A DNA stretch of 64,000 nt, taken from assembly GCA_902537215.1 (NCBI GenBank), contig CACBAM010000001.1, positions 121,100-185,099 on the forward strand. Reading direction: 5' to 3'. The DNA comes from an uncultured Alphaproteobacteria bacterium. Its GTDB lineage: Bacteria; Pseudomonadota; Alphaproteobacteria; Rhodobacterales; Rhodobacteraceae. This document shows positions 47,540 through 56,806 of this stretch, in pieces. Made by a program: the position numbers and the translations under genes. The number at the start of each line of letters is the position of its first letter. The stretch's first letter is position 1. The notes under the pieces were generated by a model. The model worked only from the letters and a program-made list of their open reading frames with translations. It did not search any database and was not told the origin of the DNA.

Positions 47540-49195
47540 ATGAGTGTTTATCGGCTTAAAATTTCTTTAGTCCAGTCTAATCCTACCGTTGGAGGAATAG
47601 ATCTCAATGCGGAATGTGTTTTGACCAAAGCTAATGAGGCAGAAAAAAAAGGATCAGATTTAATAGTTTTTCCTGAAATGTTTCTAAGTGGATACCAGCC
47701 TCTAGATCTCGTTAATAAACGTTCTTTTTTGGAAAATATCTCTATTCAAGTGGAACAAATTGCTCAGAAAACAAAGGGTCTTGGTGTTAGAATTTTAATT
47801 GGAGGTCCATGGCTTTTTGATGGAAAGATTTATAATGCATTTATCTCTATTCACAAAGGATTTATAAAAATAGTAAGCAAGAAATCGCACTTGCCTAACT
47901 ATGATGTTTTTGACGAGAAAAGGTTTTTCGTCGCTGGAGATGAATTAGAACTCTTAGATCTAGGAACACTAAAGATTGGGTTTCCTATATGTGAAGATGC
48001 GTGGCATCCAGATATCATTTCCAAACTGAAAGAGATGGGAGCCGACATAATAATTATTCCTAACGGTTCGCCATATGAATCCAACAAGCTATCTGAAAGA
48101 CAGCGGATAATTAAAAGTCGATGTGAAGAGTCTAACCTACCTATCATCTACTTAAATTTGGTTGGTGGCCAAGATGATTTAGTATTTGATGGTGGCTCAT
48201 TTGTATATGACAATAGAGGTACTATTGTCTGTCAATTTCCACAGTTTTTAGAAAAAACTGAGCAAGTTATTTTTGAACATAGAAAAAACGGTTGGGTTCC
48301 ATTACCTGAATTAGCAGCGGAAATTGGTTCTCGTGAAAGCCAAGACTATAAGGCCGTTGTGCTTGGGCTAAGAGATTATGTTTTGAAGTCAAATTTTCAC
48401 AAAGTTGTTATTGGCTTGTCAGGAGGAATTGATAGTGCCCTTGTGGCGGTTATGGCAGTGGATGCATTGGGTGCCGACAACGTAGTCTGTTTGGCATTGC
48501 CTTCAAAGTTTAATTCGAGTGCCTCATTAGATGATGCAAAACAGTTGTCTGAAAATCTTGGCATTACGCTTGAGACAATAGGTATACAAGAGATTATAGA
48601 CAAAGTGGATCAACGTTTAGCACCGTTGTTCCAAGGTAAGAAAAGAGATGTCACAGAAGAGAATATCCAATCCAGATTAAGAGCTGTTTTGTTGATGGCG
48701 TTTTCAAATAAAGAAAAGCACCTGCTTTTGTCTACTGGTAATAAGTCTGAAATTGCGGTGGGTTACTCAACTATTTATGGAGATATGGCAGGCGCTTACA
48801 ATCCTCTTAAAGATATATATAAGACAAAAGTTTACAAACTTAGTAAATGGAGAAATCTTATTGCTAAAAACGATGAGTTTAGAGTGGAAAAACCCATTCC
48901 TGAAAATATTTTACTTAAAGAGCCTTCTGCTGAGTTAGCCTTTGATCAAAAAGATACTGACTCTCTACCAAGTTATGATGAACTTGATACCATTTTGGAG
49001 TATCTTATCGAGGATGATCTAGCGGTTCAGGAAGTTGTTAAAAAAGGCTTTTTAGAAAAGACCGTTATAAACGTTAAAAATCTTCTTTACTTGAGTGAAT
49101 ACAAAAGATACCAAGCCTGTCCTGGACCCAAAATATCTAGGAGACCCTTTTCGCTTGGTAGACGTATACCAATAGTAAATCATTGGAGAGATTAG
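47540..49195 (+). CDS. nadE: glutamine-dependent NAD+ synthetase
   Basis: N-terminal CN-hydrolase domain (FPEMFLSGY, CEDAWHP) plus C-terminal NAD synthase SGGIDS motif. Confidence 0.9.
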   Translation: MSVYRLKISLVQSNPTVGGIDLNAECVLTKANEAEKKGSDLIVFPEMFLSGYQPLDLVNKRSFLENISIQVEQIAQKTKGLGVRILIGGPWLFDGKIYNAFISIHKGFIKIVSKKSHLPNYDVFDEKRFFVAGDELELLDLGTLKIGFPICEDAWHPDIISKLKEMGADIIIIPNGSPYESNKLSERQRIIKSRCEESNLPIIYLNLVGGQDDLVFDGGSFVYDNRGTIVCQFPQFLEKTEQVIFEHRKNGWVPLPELAAEIGSRESQDYKAVVLGLRDYVLKSNFHKVVIGLSGGIDSALVAVMAVDALGADNVVCLALPSKFNSSASLDDAKQLSENLGITLETIGIQEIIDKVDQRLAPLFQGKKRDVTEENIQSRLRAVLLMAFSNKEKHLLLSTGNKSEIAVGYSTIYGDMAGAYNPLKDIYKTKVYKLSKWRNLIAKNDEFRVEKPIPENILLKEPSAELAFDQKDTDSLPSYDELDTILEYLIEDDLAVQEVVKKGFLEKTVINVKNLLYLSEYKRYQACPGPKISRRPFSLGRRIPIVNHWRD

Positions 49196-50535
49196 ATTTG
49201 ACAAAAAGAGTTTTGAGATTTGCTCCGTCTCCCACAGGTTATTTGCATGTTGGAAATATCAGAACAGCTTTGTTCAATTACTTGCAAGCAAAAAAAGTTG
49301 GTGCTGAGTTTATTCTGAGATTGGATGATACGGATAAGGAACGCTCTTCTCAGCATTTTATAGATCAAATAAAGAGAGATCTGGAGTGGTTAGGCATAAA
49401 TTGGGATAGAGTTGAACAGCAGTCTCTTAGAATAGAAAGATATAGAGAGGTGTTGAATAAATTTAAAGAGCAAAAAGTAGTTTATGAGTGTTTTGAAACT
49501 TCTTTAGAGTTGGAGCTTAAAAGGAAAAAACAGCATAATCAGGGCAAGCCTCCAGTATATGATAGAGCAGCCTTAAAATTGGATGTTGTAGAGAAAAATG
49601 CTTTCAGAGATAAAACTGTTAGTTATTGGCGATTTTTGTTGAGCGGTGAAACTGTAACTTGGAGAGATGAGATTGCAGGAGAAATAAATGTCCGAACATC
49701 AGTTGTGTCAGACCCTATATTGGTTAAGGGAAATGGCCAGTTTCTCTACACTTTAGCTTCCGTGATTGATGACTCAGATTTTGGTGTTACTGACGTGGTG
49801 AGAGGTATTGATCATTTGACTAATACCGCGGTTCAAATAGAAATTTTTAGGAATTTATCTGCAGGTCTGCCAGTTTTTGGACACCACTCTTTGATTGTAG
49901 ATAACTCTGGAGAGAATTTTTCCAAGAGAAGCGGTAGTTTATCTATTAAAAGCTTAAAAGAAGCAGGAATAGAAGCGGGAGCTATTGTTTCAAAATTAGT
50001 TTCTCTGGGAACCGGAGAGGGCCTCGACTTAAAAAATAATATTAATGAGTTAACCCCTAAATTTGAATTAAATAAATTTAGTACAGCTCCAGTAAAATTC
50101 GAAAAGGAAGTTTTAAAAACCATTTCTCGTAAACTTATAGCCAATTTGTCTGTTAGCGAAATTTCCCCCTTTCTTGATCTGATTGGTATCCCAGACAATA
50201 TAAAAGAAAATTTTTGGATGATGGCAAAAGACAATATAAACTCTAAGCACGACTTAGTTGAGATATGGAATCTGTGTAAAGAGGGCACTAATAACCCGAT
50301 AATAGCCCCTGAAGATAAACAATTCATAGAAGTAGCAATCAGCTTAATTGGTGAATATCCACGCGACAACGACAGTTGGAAAACATTGACGGATAAGTTA
50401 AACAATTTAACTGGAAGATCAGGTAAAAATTTGTTTATGCCTCTTCGTTATTTCCTTACAGGGAAGAGCGATGGACCTGATATGAAGAAGCTTTTTCCTT
50501 TAATGCAAAAAATTCAAAAATGTGGGCTAAGTTGA
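49183..50535 (+). CDS. gltX: glutamate--tRNA ligase
   Basis: RFAPSPTGYLHVGNIRTAL (HIGH) and NFSKRSG (KMSKS). Non-ATG start (TTG at 49183 or 49198). Confidence 0.85.
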   Translation: MERLDLTKRVLRFAPSPTGYLHVGNIRTALFNYLQAKKVGAEFILRLDDTDKERSSQHFIDQIKRDLEWLGINWDRVEQQSLRIERYREVLNKFKEQKVVYECFETSLELELKRKKQHNQGKPPVYDRAALKLDVVEKNAFRDKTVSYWRFLLSGETVTWRDEIAGEINVRTSVVSDPILVKGNGQFLYTLASVIDDSDFGVTDVVRGIDHLTNTAVQIEIFRNLSAGLPVFGHHSLIVDNSGENFSKRSGSLSIKSLKEAGIEAGAIVSKLVSLGTGEGLDLKNNINELTPKFELNKFSTAPVKFEKEVLKTISRKLIANLSVSEISPFLDLIGIPDNIKENFWMMAKDNINSKHDLVEIWNLCKEGTNNPIIAPEDKQFIEVAISLIGEYPRDNDSWKTLTDKLNNLTGRSGKNLFMPLRYFLTGKSDGPDMKKLFPLMQKIQKCGLS

Positions 50536-52194
50536 GAATTTCCTGTATTTCACTCTTTGTGGAATAACCGCTGCATCTCCCAACCTTCTTTTTTTATCGT
50601 CTTCGTAATCATTAAAGTTACCTTCAAAGAATATCATATTGCTCTCTCCCTCAAAGCCTAGGATATGTGTGCACAGTCTATCCATGAAAAATCTGTCATG
50701 TGATACGACTATCACGCAGCCTGCAAAATCTAGTATAGCTTCTTCAAGTACACGAAGTGTTTCAATGTCGAGATCGTTAGTCGGTTCATCTAGTAATAAT
50801 ACATTTCCGCCTGATTTTAGTAATTTTGCAAGATGAACTCTGTTTCGTTCTCCACCTGACAATTGACCTACTCGTTTCTGTTGGTTAGGGCCTTTAAAAT
50901 TGAATGCACCAACATACGCTCTGGAATTTACCTCCAAATCACCCAATTTAATTATATCTAATCCACCTGAAATTTCTTCCCATACATTTTTGCCGTCGTC
51001 GAGCTTATCTCTATTTTGATTGACATAACTTAACTCAACAGTCTCTCCAAAACTAATGTGACCACTAGTGAGAGACTCTTCACCTGTTAAAATTTTTAAA
51101 AGAGTCGATTTTCCAGCACCGTTAGCTCCTACTACTCCTATAATAGCTCCTGGGGGAATAGAAAAACTAAAGTCCTCAAATAGCATTTTATTTTCAAAAG
51201 TCTTTGTTATCTTTTCCGCATCTATTACTTTTGAGCCTAAACGTGGACCATTGGGAATTATAATTTGGGAAGTTGATATTTTTTCTTTTTTATCTTCATT
51301 CAGCAAATCTTGATAAGCACTAATCCGAGCCTTCTGTTTAGCCTGTCTAGCTTTAGCTCCTTGTCTAATCCAATCAAGTTCATTTTTCAAAATGTTATTC
51401 TTAGCTTTTTCAGTTTTTTCTTCTAATTCTAGTCTCGTACTTTTATTTTCTAACCAGCCAGAATAATTTCCTTCGAACGGAAAACCTTTTCCTCTATCGA
51501 GTTCCAGGATCCACCCAGTAATTTGATCTAGGAAATATCTGTCATGAGTTACAATCAAGATTGTACCTTTATAGGCTATCAAATGTTGTTGAAGCCAACT
51601 TACGGTTTCTGCATCTAGATGGTTGGTAGGTTCGTCTAATAAAAGCAAATCAGGCTCCTCAAGCAGTAATTTGCATAAGGCAACTCTTCTAATTTCTCCT
51701 CCAGATAATGCAGAAACAATCGAGGAATCATCAGGACATCTTAACGCCTCCATGGCCATACCAACTTTTGAGTCAATATCCCAAATTTGGAGTGAGTCAA
51801 TCTTATCTTGAAGCTGTGTCATTTCTGCCATTTTTTCATCAGAGTAATCATTTGCTAGTGATGCGGCTAAGTTATTAAACTGGTCTAGAAGTGATTTTTT
51901 GTCGGATACAGACGCTAAAACATTTTCCCTTACCGTTTTGCTATCGTCGAGCTTTGGTTCTTGAGGAAGGTAGCCTACTTTTATGCCTTGAGCCGGATAA
52001 GCTTCACCATTAAATTCTCTTTCCATTCCTGCCATTATTTTTAATAGAGTGGATTTCCCAGCGCCATTCACTCCCACCAAACCAATTTTAACGCCGGGCA
52101 AAAATGATAATGTTATATTTTCAAAGCACTTTTTCCCATTTGGAAAGGTTTTTGTTAATTCTTTTAGCGTATATATATATTGATATGAACTCAT
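50527..52194 (-). CDS. ettA: ABC-F translational throttle ATPase EttA
   Basis: 555 aa with two ABC domains (GVNGAGKST, GANGAGKST, LSGGE). The N-terminus resembles E. coli EttA. Confidence 0.9.
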   Translation of the reverse strand: MSSYQYIYTLKELTKTFPNGKKCFENITLSFLPGVKIGLVGVNGAGKSTLLKIMAGMEREFNGEAYPAQGIKVGYLPQEPKLDDSKTVRENVLASVSDKKSLLDQFNNLAASLANDYSDEKMAEMTQLQDKIDSLQIWDIDSKVGMAMEALRCPDDSSIVSALSGGEIRRVALCKLLLEEPDLLLLDEPTNHLDAETVSWLQQHLIAYKGTILIVTHDRYFLDQITGWILELDRGKGFPFEGNYSGWLENKSTRLELEEKTEKAKNNILKNELDWIRQGAKARQAKQKARISAYQDLLNEDKKEKISTSQIIIPNGPRLGSKVIDAEKITKTFENKMLFEDFSFSIPPGAIIGVVGANGAGKSTLLKILTGEESLTSGHISFGETVELSYVNQNRDKLDDGKNVWEEISGGLDIIKLGDLEVNSRAYVGAFNFKGPNQQKRVGQLSGGERNRVHLAKLLKSGGNVLLLDEPTNDLDIETLRVLEEAILDFAGCVIVVSHDRFFMDRLCTHILGFEGESNMIFFEGNFNDYEDDKKRRLGDAAVIPQRVKYRKFST

Positions 52195-52258
52195 GTTCTA
52201 ATTGCTATAATAGTATTACTGTTTTGTCATATGTTTTTTATTGAAGGATTAAAAAGAC

Positions 52259-52864
52259 TTGCAACTAGAGCCGGAGAAAACGCTTGGTAGGGTTGGCTAC
52301 AGAAGGCCTATAGGGATATTAGGAGGGTCATTCAACCCTCCTCACTTAGGCCATGTCCATATTAGCAAAGTATCCTTAAGGATGTTTGAGCTAGGACAGA
52401 TATATTGGGTCTACACAAAAAAAAATCCTCTTAAAAAAGTCGGTCCATCCAGTTTTGGTGATAGGGTCGAGAAAACCAAAAAATTGGTAAAATTACCCAA
52501 TATTAAACTTTCACCAATTGAGATAAGGCAAAATTTTCACTACAGTTTCCAACTTTTGAATTTTATACAAAAAAGACATAGACATATAAAATTTATTTGG
52601 GTGATGGGTGAAGACAATATTATTCAATTTCATCTTTGGAAAAACTGGCAATGGATAGCGAATAATGTCAGAATTGCTGTGGTAGCCAGAGGGAGAAGTA
52701 GATCAATAGTGAATTCGTCAACTTTTGCTTTTAAGTACAGGAGTTTTAGACTTATGAGTGGGCAATCTGCACAACTACAGCATTGTAAACCTCCAATTTG
52801 GTGCATAGTGGACTCAAAAAGACTAAATCTTTCTTCAAGTGATCTTAGATCAAATGTTAAGTAA
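52259..52864 (+). CDS. nadD: nicotinate-nucleotide adenylyltransferase
   Basis: GILGGSFNPPHLGHVHI motif. TTG start. Confidence 0.8.
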   Translation: MQLEPEKTLGRVGYRRPIGILGGSFNPPHLGHVHISKVSLRMFELGQIYWVYTKKNPLKKVGPSSFGDRVEKTKKLVKLPNIKLSPIEIRQNFHYSFQLLNFIQKRHRHIKFIWVMGEDNIIQFHLWKNWQWIANNVRIAVVARGRSRSIVNSSTFAFKYRSFRLMSGQSAQLQHCKPPIWCIVDSKRLNLSSSDLRSNVK

Positions 52865-54299
52865 AAGAAAATTTATTAAGTTGAGTGCTTTGTCGGTATT
52901 TACAGGAATTATTCCCTTGAATGCTTTAGCAAAAACAACAAATATTTTTACCAATTTAATAAAAAAATCTGGTTTTGAAAATAACACAAGTTTTATGGCA
53001 GTAGACCTTAGATCGAATAAGCTCATCGGTCGGCATAATGAAAAACTTAGGTTACCTATTGCTTCTGTTACTAAAATGGTGACTGCATGTTATTATCTTT
53101 GCAATAATTACAAACTTGACAGATTTAAAACAGAATTGTTCATCGACGGAGTTATCAAAGACTCTGTACTGCATGGTGACCTATACCTCAAAGGTTACGG
53201 AGACCCTACGCTTAAGACCGATGACCTTTCCCTTTTTATTGACTCCGTAAAAAATTTGGGTGTTAATGAAGTAATTGGAAGCCTTTTCTACGATAACAGC
53301 TATCTGCCTGACATAAATTATATAAATAGAAATCAACTTCCTCAGTATGCATATAATCCAGGTATCGGAGCGATTAACCTTAATGAGAACCGTATTCTAT
53401 TTGAGTGGAAAAGGTTGGAAAAGGCGAAATATAAGACTTCATTAACTGCTCCAGGCTTAAAAAATATTGCAAAAGTAACAAATATCACCCTGGATTTAGA
53501 AAACAATAAAGGCCCTGTGTATAGTTATGAGCTTGATGAAACGAAATTCAAAGAGAGATGGTCGGTAAATAGGCGGATATTAGGAAAAAAAGGTAGTCGA
53601 TGGCTACCAGTTCGAGAGAGTTCTTATTATGCTACCGAGACTTTGAAACAGCTTCTGGTTGATAGAGGTATTGAAATTACGAATATGGGCAGAAAAAAAG
53701 TACCCAAGAAGAGTAGACTGCTTTGTACGCACTATTCTACTGATAACAAAATAATATTGAAAAGTGCATTAAAATACTCAAAAAATATGGTTACCGAGTC
53801 ACTCGGACTTGTTACAAGTAGACTCATTTCAGCAAATCTTTATGACCTTGACCAGTCTGCCATAATTATGACCAGATGGTTTCGTGACATTATTGGCAAG
53901 CAAAACTCTCTATTCTTAAATCACAGCGGGTTATCCGCAGGTAGTTTTTCCACCTCTGAAGATTTTAGAAGGTTTTTAATGCAAGACGATGTTCAAAAGA
54001 GTCTTTTGCCAGTCTTAAAACGTATTCCAATTTACACATCAAAAGGGAAAGTTAACTCGATTGGCAATATAACGGTTAAAGGTAAATCGGGAACCATGCA
54101 TTATATAAGAGGATTAGCAGGATACGTTTGTAAAGAGGATATTCCGGTAATGGCCTTTTCCATATTTTCAGCTGATTTAAACAAAAGAAAAGAAAACTCT
54201 AGCAGTAACTTTGAAAGGCCAAAGGGATCGTCGTCTTGGCTTTCCAGAGCTGTAATCCAAGAAAGACAAATAGTTCGAAAAATAATAGATAGTATTTAG
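52854..54299 (+). CDS. dacB: D-alanyl-D-alanine carboxypeptidase/endopeptidase (PBP4, peptidase S13)
   Basis: Signal MLSKRKFIKLSALSVFTG..ALA, SVTK (SxxK), KGKSGTM (KTG-like). Confidence 0.75.
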   Translation: MLSKRKFIKLSALSVFTGIIPLNALAKTTNIFTNLIKKSGFENNTSFMAVDLRSNKLIGRHNEKLRLPIASVTKMVTACYYLCNNYKLDRFKTELFIDGVIKDSVLHGDLYLKGYGDPTLKTDDLSLFIDSVKNLGVNEVIGSLFYDNSYLPDINYINRNQLPQYAYNPGIGAINLNENRILFEWKRLEKAKYKTSLTAPGLKNIAKVTNITLDLENNKGPVYSYELDETKFKERWSVNRRILGKKGSRWLPVRESSYYATETLKQLLVDRGIEITNMGRKKVPKKSRLLCTHYSTDNKIILKSALKYSKNMVTESLGLVTSRLISANLYDLDQSAIIMTRWFRDIIGKQNSLFLNHSGLSAGSFSTSEDFRRFLMQDDVQKSLLPVLKRIPIYTSKGKVNSIGNITVKGKSGTMHYIRGLAGYVCKEDIPVMAFSIFSADLNKRKENSSSNFERPKGSSSWLSRAVIQERQIVRKIIDSI

Positions 54300-54308
54300 A
54301 TATCGATT

Positions 54309-54737
54309 TTAGATTGTAAGATGTCTTGCTCTAGCACCTCGTTCTATGGCGGCTCCATGGAGACGATCTATGTTAAGTTCGTATCTAATTTCTCTTAATA
54401 ATTGGAGCTCGATTTCTTTAAGGCGCCCGTCTGCGGCAGCTACATCGCAAGCTAAAGCGTACGCTGTTTCATAGAGATGCTCAGGTAAAGAGACCCTTAT
54501 CAAACCAAAAAGCGCATCAAGTCCATCTTCTTCTTCAAATATATCAAACACAGTCTCGGCTATAGTTTTTACACGGGCCACATCATAATCTTTAAATATT
54601 GGTAGATGTTCAACGATTTTGATTATCGAGGCGAATTCAATTTTCGTAACACCTCGGTGAGACGTTCCTTCCGCTATCATAATAGCTACCAACGCATCTT
54701 GAGGGCTCAATATTGTTGTACTTGAGTTTATATCCAT
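54309..54737 (-). CDS. TerB-like (tellurite-resistance TerB family) protein
   Basis: Two helical halves with ...IMIAEGT... and ...DVAAADGRLKEIELQLLREI... typical of the TerB fold. Confidence 0.55.
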   Translation of the reverse strand: MDINSSTTILSPQDALVAIMIAEGTSHRGVTKIEFASIIKIVEHLPIFKDYDVARVKTIAETVFDIFEEEDGLDALFGLIRVSLPEHLYETAYALACDVAAADGRLKEIELQLLREIRYELNIDRLHGAAIERGARARHLTI

Positions 54738-54836
54738 TTAAATGCTAGCAATTCTCTTACTTTTATATTATACGGATCTCACTTTATTTGAACAACATTT
54801 ATGTTTTTTTTCTTTTAATGTGGATTGGTGAACCTG

Positions 54837-56393
54837 ATGGAAAATATACCCAATAATATTAAAGTTTGGCCTGCACAAGAGGCAGTTGGCCTCAATAAAT
54901 ATTTGCAAAATATCAATGAAAATAAAGATAAGGTTACTTTTCAGACTGGGTATGGTCCATCTGGATTACCGCATATTGGAACATTTGGTGAGGTTATGAG
55001 AACCTCGATGGTTATGCACTCCTATGAAAAACTATATGGAATTGAAACCAATCTCTTGTGTTTTTCAGATGATTTGGATGGTCTTAGAAAAGTTCCTGAC
55101 AATATTCCAAATAAAGAGTTAGTAGAACGAGATTTAGATTTACCCCTTTCGAAGGTAACCGATCCCTTTGGAACCCACAAAAGCTTTGCTGATCACAACA
55201 ATAGTAAATTATGTGAGTTTCTCGATAGTTTTAGTTTTGACTATAACTTTATTTCGTCTACCGAATGTTACACTACTGGTGTTTTCAACGAAGCATTAGT
55301 ACAAGTACTAGCTAAATATAATGATATTATGGAAATAATTTTACCTTCTCTCGGGCCCGAAAGGAAATCAACCTATTCGCCTTTTTTGCCAATAAGTAGA
55401 GAGTCCGGTAAAGTTTTACAAGTTCCAACACTCGAAATTGATACTACAACACATTCAATAGTTTATAAAGATGTTGACGGGGAAAAAGTTAAAACTTCAG
55501 TCACAGATGGGAATGTAAAACTACAATGGAAAGCCGATTGGGCAATGAGATGGTTCGCATTGTCTGTAGATTATGAAATGTATGGCAAAGACTTAATTCC
55601 ATCTGCGAATTTAGCATCAAAAATATGCAGAGTGCTTGGGAGAAATGCGCCGTACCAGTTTTTTTATGAGTTATTCCTTGATGACCAAGGACAAAAAATC
55701 TCAAAATCAAAAGGTAACGGCCTGTCAATTGAAGAGTGGCTAAGATATGGATCAAAGGAATCTCTAAGCCTCTTTATGTTTCAAAAGCCAAAGACAGCAA
55801 AAAGACTTTATTTTGATTCCATTCCAAGAGCTGTTGATGATTACCATAAGTTTTTAGAAGTGTATCATCAACAGAGCGGGGAGGATAAATATCAAAACCC
55901 TGTTTGGCACCTTCATCGAGCCAATCCTCCTAAGTCAGAATTACTCGTTTCTTTTTCTATGCTAATGAACTTAGCGGGGGCAACTGGGTCAACAAGTATA
56001 GAAACACTTCTTTCATTTGTAAGAAAGTATGTTGACGAGAAAGGTGATCCTATGAACGCCACAATGCGTGGGGCTCTGCAAAATGCCATAAATTATTTTC
56101 ATGATTTTCTTGAATCCAAGCTTGTTTTTAAGGAACCCTCAGCTAATGAGCGTATCCCTTTAGTTGAGCTGACAAAAAAACTAGAGGGGTTACAAAAAGG
56201 CTGGGATGCGAGTGAAATTCAGCAAATTATTTTAGATGTAGGTAAAAAAAATGGATTTGAAAACAATAGAGATTGGTTCAAATTGATATATGAAGTTCTA
56301 TTAGGAAGTCAAAGTGGTCCTAGGCTAGGCAGTTTTTTTGCCCTGCTAGGTAAAGAAAAAACAGTCGAAAAGTTGAATGAGGTGTTACAATGA
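54837..56393 (+). CDS. lysK: lysine--tRNA ligase, class I
   Basis: GYGPSGLPHIGTFGEV (HIGH-type) and KISKSKGNG (KMSKS). The class I form is typical of alphaproteobacteria. Confidence 0.85.
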   Translation: MENIPNNIKVWPAQEAVGLNKYLQNINENKDKVTFQTGYGPSGLPHIGTFGEVMRTSMVMHSYEKLYGIETNLLCFSDDLDGLRKVPDNIPNKELVERDLDLPLSKVTDPFGTHKSFADHNNSKLCEFLDSFSFDYNFISSTECYTTGVFNEALVQVLAKYNDIMEIILPSLGPERKSTYSPFLPISRESGKVLQVPTLEIDTTTHSIVYKDVDGEKVKTSVTDGNVKLQWKADWAMRWFALSVDYEMYGKDLIPSANLASKICRVLGRNAPYQFFYELFLDDQGQKISKSKGNGLSIEEWLRYGSKESLSLFMFQKPKTAKRLYFDSIPRAVDDYHKFLEVYHQQSGEDKYQNPVWHLHRANPPKSELLVSFSMLMNLAGATGSTSIETLLSFVRKYVDEKGDPMNATMRGALQNAINYFHDFLESKLVFKEPSANERIPLVELTKKLEGLQKGWDASEIQQIILDVGKKNGFENNRDWFKLIYEVLLGSQSGPRLGSFFALLGKEKTVEKLNEVLQ

Positions 56394-56803
56394 GGCTTAT
56401 TATTAAAAAAGTGTGGATCATCGCATTATTTATTTCTCTATTGAGCACTTTAGTCTTTGCTGATGAAAGTGAAATGGCACGTAATACCATAAGTTCACAG
56501 ATTGAGGCTTTTAAGGAAAATAATATCGAGAAAGCATATACATTTGCGGCGCCCAACATTCAAGCACAGTTCTCAAACCCGGAAGTTTTTGGTTTGATGG
56601 TCAAGAACGGCTACCCTATTATATGGAGGCCAAAGAGCTTTAAATTCACAAAATTTCAAGACCTTGGCAATAAAGCTATTCAGAGAGTTTTATTCCAATC
56701 CTATGAAGGCCGTCTGGAGACATATGACTATATCCTTGAAAAATATGATGATCTGTGGAAAATTGCAGGCGTTTTAACCATAAATTTAGCAGGTGAAACC
56801 TAG
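56390..56803 (+). CDS. DUF4864 domain protein (secreted)
   Basis: Signal peptide. IEAFKENNIEKAYTFAAPNIQAQF pattern. Confidence 0.6.
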   Translation: MRLIIKKVWIIALFISLLSTLVFADESEMARNTISSQIEAFKENNIEKAYTFAAPNIQAQFSNPEVFGLMVKNGYPIIWRPKSFKFTKFQDLGNKAIQRVLFQSYEGRLETYDYILEKYDDLWKIAGVLTINLAGET

Positions 56804-56806
56804 TAG

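Noticed and set aside
49833-50405. 190-aa antisense ORF inside gltX, plus similar shadow ORFs at 61149..61658 and 60463..60852 in pgi, 45430..45813 in mreB, 2077..2332 in the cyclase gene, and 57072..57899 in uvrB
   Set aside because: They lie fully within and antisense to strongly supported conserved genes. They have low-complexity or odd composition and no motifs. They are typical six-frame shadows.
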